From: a virus | Virus record (IMG/VR): IMGVR_UViG_3300036398_002324 | Reading direction: 5' to 3' (one strand) | Length of the DNA: 64,000 nucleotides | In this document: positions 56,908-64,000 of the stretch, piece by piece | Layout: each line of letters starts with the position of its first letter | Position numbering within the stretch: the stretch's first letter is position 1 | Made by a program: the position numbers and the translations under genes | Notes under the pieces: model-generated | What the model saw: only the letters and a program-made list of their open reading frames with translations | Told to the model about the DNA's origin: nothing | The model's database searches: none

Positions 56908-58270
56908 TGAAGATTTTGCAAGAAAAATTTTACCATTCATTAAAGCTGAATACTTCACAGACTCCGTAGAAAAAATCGTTTTCAATGAAATTAATGACCA
57001 CATACAAGAATACAAACATCTTCCTACATATGAATCACTTGTAATCAATTTTACAGAATCTAAAAAACTTTCAGAAGACCAGGTCAGCGAATCTATTCAA
57101 ATGATTCGTGAGATTAATGTTGATAGAGAAGAGCCAACAGATGTAGAATGGTTAATCAATCAAACTGAAAAATTCTGTCAAGACCGTGCGTTGTATAATG
57201 CTATTATGCAATCCGTAAAAATTCTTGATGATAAGACCAAGAAAGAAGACAAAGGTTCAATTCCAAAACTGCTGAGTGATGCTCTTGGTGTATCTTTTGA
57301 TGCATCGGTGGGTCATGATTATATTGATGATTCATCATCACGATATGACTTTTATCATCGGCACGAATCAAAAATACCTTTTGACTTGGACTTGTTCAAT
57401 AAGATTACAAAAGGTGGTTTGCCCAAAAAGACTTTGAACATTGCACTTGCTGGCACTGGTGTTGGTAAATCTTTGTTCATGTGTCACGTTGCAGGTTCTT
57501 GTTTGTCACAAGGCCTGAATGTTTTGTACATCACAATGGAAATGGCAGAAGAACGTATTGCAGAACGTATTGATGCCAATCTATTGAATATTGATATTGC
57601 AGACTTGAATTCTATTTCAAAGCAGGACTATGACCGCAAATTTTCTGCGTTGAGGGTAAAGACTCAGGGTAAACTTATCATCAAAGAGTATCCTACTGCA
57701 TCAGCATCAGCACTTCATTTTCGTGCTTTGTTAAATGAATTGCAACTCAAAAAGAGTTTCAAACCTGATATCATCTTCATCGACTATCTTAACATTTGTG
57801 CAAGCGCCAGAATCAAGCCTGGTGCTAACGTAAATAGTTATTCTTATATTAAGGCAATTGCCGAAGAACTCCGGGGTCTGGCCGTCGAGTTTGACGTTCC
57901 CATCATGTCAGCTACACAGACCACACGAAGCGGCTTCACCAGCTCGGACCCAGGCTTGGAAGATACGTCAGAATCGTTTGGTCTGCCAGCCACAGCCGAC
58001 TTTATGTTCGCTTTGATAAGTACCGAAGAGTTAGAACAATTGAATCAGTTAATGATTAAGCAACTCAAGAATCGATATAACGACCCAAGCTATTTCAAAC
58101 GATTCGTGGTAGGTATTGACAGGGCAAAGATGAAGCTGTATGATGTAGAACAGACTGCACAAGATGATTTGGTAGATGCGGGTCAAGTTGATGATAAACC
58201 TTTGAATACATTCGGTGAGCGTGAAAGACTATCTGGAACAAAAAATAAGTTCGGAGGTTTTAAAGTATAA
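56864..58270 (+). CDS. gp41: Replicative helicase gp41
   Basis: AGTGVGKS, MEMAEE, IDYLNI, ATQTTRSG, SESFGLPATAD, QLKNRY. Confidence 0.96.
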   Translation: MKRLETTILKNLIFNEDFARKILPFIKAEYFTDSVEKIVFNEINDHIQEYKHLPTYESLVINFTESKKLSEDQVSESIQMIREINVDREEPTDVEWLINQTEKFCQDRALYNAIMQSVKILDDKTKKEDKGSIPKLLSDALGVSFDASVGHDYIDDSSSRYDFYHRHESKIPFDLDLFNKITKGGLPKKTLNIALAGTGVGKSLFMCHVAGSCLSQGLNVLYITMEMAEERIAERIDANLLNIDIADLNSISKQDYDRKFSALRVKTQGKLIIKEYPTASASALHFRALLNELQLKKSFKPDIIFIDYLNICASARIKPGANVNSYSYIKAIAEELRGLAVEFDVPIMSATQTTRSGFTSSDPGLEDTSESFGLPATADFMFALISTEELEQLNQLMIKQLKNRYNDPSYFKRFVVGIDRAKMKLYDVEQTAQDDLVDAGQVDDKPLNTFGERERLSGTKNKFGGFKV

Positions 58271-58273
58271 ATA
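58266..58273 (+). promoter_or_regulatory. Late promoter TATAAATA
   Basis: Exact consensus overlapping the gp41 stop; AAGGAG follows. Confidence 0.75.
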
Positions 58274-58294
58274 TGCCATTAAGGAGAATTATTA

Positions 58295-59047
58295 ATGGCT
58301 GCTCAACAAGGATTTCAGTACGAAATCAATGCTGCAAAGGTGTTGAAACCTTTAGGACTAGTTCCTAAAAGTTTTGTTCCTGCGGGTGCTGGTCATGACC
58401 AACCAGATTTGATGTTGGAATATAAAAAAATCAAAGCTGGATGTGAATTAAAAATCACTGCTGCATCTGCGGGTTCTTTAGTATTGAAGTATGATTCATC
58501 AGATAAGAAAAATCCATGGAAATTTGGTGACATTAAAAAAGATGATGACGAAAAAATGTTTATTAAAGAACTGGCTGAAGAAGTTGGCTTATTTGATTTT
58601 ATTAAGAAACAGTGGAAAGAAGTTCCATATAAACGAGATAAAGATTTGAAATGGGAAGCAACTGCTGGAAAAATGACTCCGCAACAAAGATATGAACGAG
58701 ACCGTGATACATTCAAAGATATTCGTGGAGAAATCTCAGCGACAAAAATTGAACAATATTATAACAAAAAAGCCACTTACTATGTTAATGTTGGAACGCA
58801 TGGTTTCTATTTAATGGGTAAAAAAAATCCATTAAAATTAAAGAATGTTCCCGCTTTTGGTTCTTCAGCAAAAGCAACATATCGTGCCCGTGTACAATAT
58901 AAAGGAAGTGGAAATTATCAGTTCACATTTGAAATGCAATTTGCAATACCTTCAGCAAAAAAATCACCATATAATATTGCTCCAGTCAATGGAAAAAATG
59001 TGACCATAATAACCAAAGATTTAAATCTAAGTTGCTTCGACATATGA
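58295..59047 (+). CDS. Basic PD-(D/E)XK nuclease-like protein
   Basis: GFQYE...QPDLML...CELK arrangement; Lys-rich. Confidence 0.5.
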   Translation: MAAQQGFQYEINAAKVLKPLGLVPKSFVPAGAGHDQPDLMLEYKKIKAGCELKITAASAGSLVLKYDSSDKKNPWKFGDIKKDDDEKMFIKELAEEVGLFDFIKKQWKEVPYKRDKDLKWEATAGKMTPQQRYERDRDTFKDIRGEISATKIEQYYNKKATYYVNVGTHGFYLMGKKNPLKLKNVPAFGSSAKATYRARVQYKGSGNYQFTFEMQFAIPSAKKSPYNIAPVNGKNVTIITKDLNLSCFDI

Positions 59048-60267
59048 AATTTAAAGAATACTTAAAGGAAAGTATGGAAGGAAAAAACCTTCATTTGGAA
59101 CATTTGGAAGATAATGTATTGAATCGTGGTGTTTCTGGCGCACGTGAATCGATAGATTTTTTACGTTCATTGCGTAATATGTTAGCTGGACATACTGGCT
59201 CAAAGATAAATGTCACCACAAAGTGGGATGGTGCTCCTGCTATCTTTGCTGGCACGAATCCAGAAAATGGAGAATTTTTCGTTGGTACTAAATCAGTGTT
59301 TGCAAAAAATGCAAAATTGAATTATACTGATAAAGATATCGATGAGAATCATCCTGGTGAGGGACTTAATCAGAAACTTAAACTTGCACTTGCATATTTA
59401 CCTAAGTTAGGCATTAAAGGTGTGTTGCAAGGTGATATGATGTTCTCTAAGGGAGACATCTCAAAAGAAACGATTGACGGTGAAGAATATATTATATTTC
59501 AACCAAATACGATTGTGTATGCTGTGCCAGTTAAATCTAAATTAGCACAGGCGATGCTTGCTGCACAGATTGGTGTGGTATTTCATACAGCATATTCGGG
59601 TAAATCGTTAGATACGATGAAAGCATCATTTAATATTGATATTGGACATTTAAAACAAACTAAAGATGTTTGGTTTCGTGACGCATCATTTACTGACGCA
59701 TCGGGTTCAGTCACATTTACTGAAGGAGAAACTGCTGAGATTACATCGATTCTCTCACAAGCTGGTAGAACATTTCAGACTATACCTGCATTGACGCTAA
59801 ATCGAATTTCAGCATCAGATGTTTTTTTGACACAAATTAAAACATTTAATAATACAAAAGTACGTGAGGGTAAAAAAATTGCTGACACAAGAATTCACAC
59901 ACAAGAATTATTAAATTGGGTTGAAGCAAAACTAAACAAAGAGATTCTTGCAGCAAAGAAAGAAGATACAAAACAAAAACGTATAAAAGAAAAAAATGAA
60001 GTCATGCGTTTTTATCGTTCAAATGCTGTGCAACTTAAAATGATTTTTGATTTGATGAATTTAATTGTAGATGCGAAGCTCATGATTATTCGTAAACTAG
60101 AAACTATAAGAAGTATTGGCACATTTGTTCGTACAGACGATGGTTTTAGAATTACTGCTCCTGAAGGATTCGTTGCGGTGGACCATTTAGGTAAAGCACT
60201 TAAATTGGTGGATAGATTGGAATTTAGCAGACAAAATTTTAACGCACAGAAAGCATGGGACAAATAA
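59044..60267 (+). CDS. Conserved T4-like hypothetical protein (HLEHLED...KWDGAP...PEGFV)
   Basis: ATGA-coupled; KWDG and EGFV...KLVDR are reminiscent of ligase-like nucleotidyltransferase motifs. Confidence 0.65.
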   Translation: MKFKEYLKESMEGKNLHLEHLEDNVLNRGVSGARESIDFLRSLRNMLAGHTGSKINVTTKWDGAPAIFAGTNPENGEFFVGTKSVFAKNAKLNYTDKDIDENHPGEGLNQKLKLALAYLPKLGIKGVLQGDMMFSKGDISKETIDGEEYIIFQPNTIVYAVPVKSKLAQAMLAAQIGVVFHTAYSGKSLDTMKASFNIDIGHLKQTKDVWFRDASFTDASGSVTFTEGETAEITSILSQAGRTFQTIPALTLNRISASDVFLTQIKTFNNTKVREGKKIADTRIHTQELLNWVEAKLNKEILAAKKEDTKQKRIKEKNEVMRFYRSNAVQLKMIFDLMNLIVDAKLMIIRKLETIRSIGTFVRTDDGFRITAPEGFVAVDHLGKALKLVDRLEFSRQNFNAQKAWDK

Positions 60268-60539
60268 TGGAATACGATATTAATAAAATTTTAGCAGAAT
60301 ATGCAGACGATGATTTCGGCTTCACAGCAGTTGATGAGGCGGAGTATGAAGCAGTCATCGCAGAGAAAGATGAAACTGTTGAAGAATACAAAGCAAGACT
60401 TCAACAATTAGAAAAGATTATTATGCCATTTCTTACTAATTTATACAAAACAGCAAGTCAGCCATACATCCACTGGCCAAATCGTGGTCCAGTAATTGAA
60501 AAACAAATGCAAAAAATTCTGACATTGACAAGAGGCTAA
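60267..60539 (+). CDS. Hypothetical protein
   Basis: TAATG-coupled; DDFGFT...YIHWPNR. Confidence 0.6.
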   Translation: MEYDINKILAEYADDDFGFTAVDEAEYEAVIAEKDETVEEYKARLQQLEKIIMPFLTNLYKTASQPYIHWPNRGPVIEKQMQKILTLTRG

Positions 60540-60863
60540 ATGATTACGATATCCGATTCAGCAGCAAAGAAAATAAAATCTATTATTGATGAAGAAGATT
60601 CATCTTTGAAGCTGCGTGTTTTCGTACAGGGCGGTGGTTGTTCTGGATTTCAATATGGATTTTCCTTAGAAGAACTACCACCAGCAGATGATGATTTTAC
60701 TTTTAATAAAGACGGAATTGGCGTTGTCATAGATAGTATGAGTATGCAATACATGAATGAAGCAGAGATTGATTATAAAGAAGATTTGATGGGTGCTTCA
60801 TTTACAATTAAAAATCCAAATGCAACTGCAACTTGTGGTTGCGGTTCATCATTCACGGTATGA
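60540..60863 (+). CDS. erpA: A-type Fe-S carrier ErpA/IscA (HesB family)
   Basis: [17 protein letters not shown] and [14 protein letters not shown]. Confidence 0.9.
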   Translation: MITISDSAAKKIKSIIDEEDSSLKLRVFVQGGGCSGFQYGFSLEELPPADDDFTFNKDGIGVVIDSMSMQYMNEAEIDYKEDLMGASFTIKNPNATATCGCGSSFTV

Positions 60864-61045
60864 AAACTTTTAAAGATTTCTTAAAGGTTGATAAAAAACA
60901 ACCACAAGAGTTTGTCTCTCAAGCTGGCGCAGGAGAATGGGGTCGCCCAGAACTAACGGCTAAATACGTTGACGATACTCCTGGACAGAGTAAAGAACAA
61001 TACAAAAAATTCACAACTAACTGGAATACAACAGACAGAAATTAA
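60860..61045 (+). CDS. Small protein with IP-like N-terminus (MKTFKDFLK)
   Basis: ATGA-coupled to erpA; GAGEWG...TPGQ. Confidence 0.6.
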   Translation: MKTFKDFLKVDKKQPQEFVSQAGAGEWGRPELTAKYVDDTPGQSKEQYKKFTTNWNTTDRN

Positions 61046-61060
61046 ATTACTGGAGATATT

Positions 61061-61903
61061 ATGAAAGACTTGATAGTGGGCTGTGCGACCAATTATGATT
61101 GGTCAAAATTAAAATTTTGGGTTAACTCAATCAATGCATCAGGATTTGAAGGTGATAAAGTCCTGATTCTCATGAACTGCGATAAAGATACTGTACAAAA
61201 AGTAACTGACGCAGGCTTTTCAATTATTGCATTCAATCAAGACGCTGACGGTAATCTTATATATCAATCACAGTTGATGGTACACGTTGAACGTTTTGTT
61301 CATATCTATAAACTACTCAAAGATAATCAATATCGATTTGTAATTACTACAGATGTTAAAGATGTTATTTTTCAAAAGAATCCGATTGAATGGATTGAGA
61401 AAAATTTACCTGAAAAAGAAGATTTGATTTTTTCTTCTGAAAGCTTAAAATACAAAGATGAGCCATGGGGCCGTGAGAATCTAACACAGTGCTATGGACA
61501 GGGCATTTATGAAGATTTTAAGAACAATACTATTTTTAATGTAGGTGTTCTTGCTGGTCGTGGACATGCAATGAAAGATTTGGTACTTCAATTGTTTTTG
61601 AATTGTATCAATCGTCCAATTCCTATCGTTGACCAAGCGGTATTCAACGTAATGATTTCAAGACATCCATATATCAATTCATCAATGTATACAACATCCG
61701 AAACGGGATGGGCATGTCAATTAGGCACAACTGCTGACCCAAGCAAAATAGATTTATTTAAACCAGTGCTACTTGAACCATCACCGAAATTAGAGGGTGA
61801 TAAAGTTGTAACTTCAGAAGGAATAAAGTATACTATTGTACATCAGTACGACAGAGTTCCCGACTGGAAGAAAGTGATTGAGGCAAAATATGACGACAAA
61901 TAA
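61061..61903 (+). CDS. GT-A-fold glycosyltransferase-like protein
   Basis: VERF, TTDVKDVIFQKNP, NVGVLAG, DQAVFN, IVHQYDR. Confidence 0.65.
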   Translation: MKDLIVGCATNYDWSKLKFWVNSINASGFEGDKVLILMNCDKDTVQKVTDAGFSIIAFNQDADGNLIYQSQLMVHVERFVHIYKLLKDNQYRFVITTDVKDVIFQKNPIEWIEKNLPEKEDLIFSSESLKYKDEPWGRENLTQCYGQGIYEDFKNNTIFNVGVLAGRGHAMKDLVLQLFLNCINRPIPIVDQAVFNVMISRHPYINSSMYTTSETGWACQLGTTADPSKIDLFKPVLLEPSPKLEGDKVVTSEGIKYTIVHQYDRVPDWKKVIEAKYDDK

Positions 61904-62597
61904 AATTGTAGATTTATATCTAAAGCTTGAAAAAGGTTGTTCAAAGTGGTCAGGCTATTTTGATGTTTATGAGAAACATCTGAGCAAGTTTGTAGGCAAA
62001 GCACCAAGAATCTTGGAAATTGGAGTTCTTAATGGTGGTTCTATTGAATTATGGCAAAAATATTTTGGTGAAGGCACAACAATTGTTGCCGTTGATATTG
62101 ATGAGAATTGTAAACGACATCAATATGAAGGTAATGTTGAGATTGTAATTGGTGATCAAGGAGATGAAAACTTCTGGAACGATTTGCTATCAAAGCAAGA
62201 TAAGTTTGACATTGTGATTGATGATGGTTCACATATTATGAATCATCAGATTGTAACAATGAATAAAGTTTTTCCTCATGTAAATGAGGGTGGCGTTTTT
62301 ATCTGTGAAGATACTCATACAAGTTATTGGACACAGTGGGGTGGTTCATTCCGTGGTCCAAATACTTTCCTTGAACACTCAAAACGAGTTACTGATACAA
62401 TCAATCAACAACATTTCTATGCTCCTGCTTATCAGATGCATAGCACTGGAACGCCTCTTTCTACAGAAGCACTGATAACTTATAATAATCTATACTCAGT
62501 AACATTTTATAATAGTATGGTTGTGATGGAAAAAGAAAACCTGAAACCATTTGGTATTGTTGATAATGGACAGAACGTAGGACTTGAATTACTATGA
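61890..62597 (+). CDS. SAM-dependent (sugar O-)methyltransferase
   Basis: KWSGYF.VYE, ILEIGV..GGS, GDQ, DIVIDDGSH, EDTHTSYW. Confidence 0.8.
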   Translation: MTTNKIVDLYLKLEKGCSKWSGYFDVYEKHLSKFVGKAPRILEIGVLNGGSIELWQKYFGEGTTIVAVDIDENCKRHQYEGNVEIVIGDQGDENFWNDLLSKQDKFDIVIDDGSHIMNHQIVTMNKVFPHVNEGGVFICEDTHTSYWTQWGGSFRGPNTFLEHSKRVTDTINQQHFYAPAYQMHSTGTPLSTEALITYNNLYSVTFYNSMVVMEKENLKPFGIVDNGQNVGLELL

Positions 62598-63307
62598 AGA
62601 TAGCACTTTGTATTTCTGGTCAACCTCGTATGTGGGAAAAAGGATATGAGTATCATTACAAAAATATCATTAAAGGAAATGATGTAACTGTATTTCTTCA
62701 CTCTTGGGAAATGCCAGCAGAACAAATGCAAGCAATCTCCGCAAAGTATAATGCAGCAAGTTTTATTACTTCACCAAATCCTACAGTCGATTTATCAAAA
62801 TATACGAATACGCCACCGCCATCACCAAACTGGAAAGTAAAAGATGGTCGTATGTCAACATATGCTCAGTTGCTTGCTATCAATGAATGTATGCGAACCA
62901 AACGAGAGTACGAAGAATATAACGATATGAAGTTTGATTGGGTCGTTCGGTCAAGATTTGATTTTGCAATCAACACTCCAATACCTTTTGATATTTTAAA
63001 TCCTAACAAACTATACATTCCAAATTGCAGAGTAACGCCTGGACGAGATTTTGGTAATGACCAATTTGCATTCTCATCATCAGAAAATATGGACAAATAT
63101 GCAGATGCATATAATCATATTGACAAATTCTATGATTCTGGTGTACAATATATGATGGAAGATTTTATGAGTGCTAATTGGAAATTACATGGCCTTGTGG
63201 GTGAAAATCTTGTGTATTGTGATGTCAATCATCCATTTCCACCAGGTCCATACAATGGAACATGGCATTCGTTACTACGTGAGGACTTTGAAGAATGGCT
63301 CAAGTAA
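62594..63307 (+). CDS. Putative glycosyltransferase-like protein
   Basis: KIALCISGQPR, VFLHSW, VVRSRFD, NDQFA. Confidence 0.55.
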   Translation: MKIALCISGQPRMWEKGYEYHYKNIIKGNDVTVFLHSWEMPAEQMQAISAKYNAASFITSPNPTVDLSKYTNTPPPSPNWKVKDGRMSTYAQLLAINECMRTKREYEEYNDMKFDWVVRSRFDFAINTPIPFDILNPNKLYIPNCRVTPGRDFGNDQFAFSSSENMDKYADAYNHIDKFYDSGVQYMMEDFMSANWKLHGLVGENLVYCDVNHPFPPGPYNGTWHSLLREDFEEWLK

Positions 63308-64000
63308 ATCTTGTTATTTGCATGGCGGGTTATAACACCCGCTTTCATGATGTTGGCTTTGACATTCCAAAGTATCTGTTGCCATGGAATGACACAACGA
63401 TTATTCATGAAATTCTAAAGAACTTTGGTAATACACAGCAAACTATTCTTGTTGCAAACAAACGTGATATCTATTTTAAAGAACAGTTACTTGAAACAAT
63501 CAAGCCACTTGGTCTAAACGAAAACAATATTCTTTACATTGGTGACACACAAGGTCAAGCACATACGGCAGCGATTGGTGTGGCTCAATTGTATCAAAAT
63601 TCTTTACCAACATTCATTCATAATGCAGACACGATTGTTATTGGTAGAAATTTAGAGTCACTTTCTTTAAATATGCGGGGTGAATACTACAATGGATATG
63701 TTGATGTGTTCATAGGCAATTCACCAAAGTATTCATACGTTCGTGCATATGAAGAGAATGTAATTGAGATTATAGAAAAGAAACAAATCTCACCTTATGC
63801 ATCATCAGGACTGTATGGTTTTTCATCAGCAGACATTTACATGGCACATTATGATAAATTACTTCAAACAAACTATGAATTATATGTTTCTGATGTTCTT
63901 CAAAATATGATTTTATCTGGCAAGAAAATTTTTATGAATGGTCTAACTAATGCTCAAGAAACCATTGTATTAGGAAGTCCACAAGAATATGGAATTGAGA
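63295..64000 (+). CDS. Sugar nucleotidyltransferase (NTP-transferase family), 3' truncated
   Basis: Translated by hand: MAQVNLVICMAGYNTRF....IPKYLL...TQGQA.T...HNADT...YSYV...EKK.IS..ASSGLY; open to the window end. Confidence 0.75.
   Translation, partial: MAQVNLVICMAGYNTRFHDVGFDIPKYLLPWNDTTIIHEILKNFGNTQQTILVANKRDIYFKEQLLETIKPLGLNENNILYIGDTQGQAHTAAIGVAQLYQNSLPTFIHNADTIVIGRNLESLSLNMRGEYYNGYVDVFIGNSPKYSYVRAYEENVIEIIEKKQISPYASSGLYGFSSADIYMAHYDKLLQTNYELYVSDVLQNMILSGKKIFMNGLTNAQETIVLGSPQEYGIE

Noticed and set aside
13826-58270. Introns/inteins in gp17, gp20, gp23, gp43, gp41 or uvsX; alternative genetic code
   Set aside because: All have normal lengths and uninterrupted motifs in the standard code
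1-64000. tRNA or rRNA genes
   Set aside because: Intergenic gaps are short and accounted for by promoters and terminators; no cloverleaf or T-loop signature recognised by eye (tRNAscan not run)

Overview
An AT-rich, gene-dense, almost entirely plus-strand segment of a large T4-like (Tevenvirinae-like) myophage genome, read in the standard code. The ErpA resembles proteobacterial, possibly betaproteobacterial, proteins, which is a weak hint at the host. From left to right: tail-fibre and receptor-binding genes (two beta-propeller repeat paralogues and a 1620-aa coiled-coil fibre); neck, terminase, tail, portal and head genes (gp13-gp23, gp3); uvsY/uvsW; an inserted six-gene nucleotide-sugar pathway; gp55, gp47, gp46 and def; a putative DNA-glycosylation trio; an early VWA/MoxR (CobT/CobS-like) pair; gp45, gp44, gp62, regA, hsp20 and gp43; a Mom-like acyltransferase paired with a PD-(D/E)XK nuclease; uvsX, gp41 and erpA; and a second glycosylation cluster that runs off the right edge. 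The most notable observations are these. (1) A Mom-like modifier and nuclease pair in which both proteins end in a peptide like the gp43/gp55 clamp-binding motif, suggesting a clamp-tethered restriction-modification-like system that does not use methylation. (2) A phage-encoded pathway for a branched 3,6-dideoxy or higher-carbon sugar, operonic with gp55, which may feed a TET-associated-type glycosyltransferase. (3) Several cis-RNA elements: a 5' H-type pseudoknot, a ROSE-like thermometer, an RBS-sequestering hairpin with a late promoter in its loop, and a hairpin inside gp43. All family assignments come from recognising motifs by eye; no database searches were run. No tRNA, rRNA, CRISPR array, intron or intein was seen.
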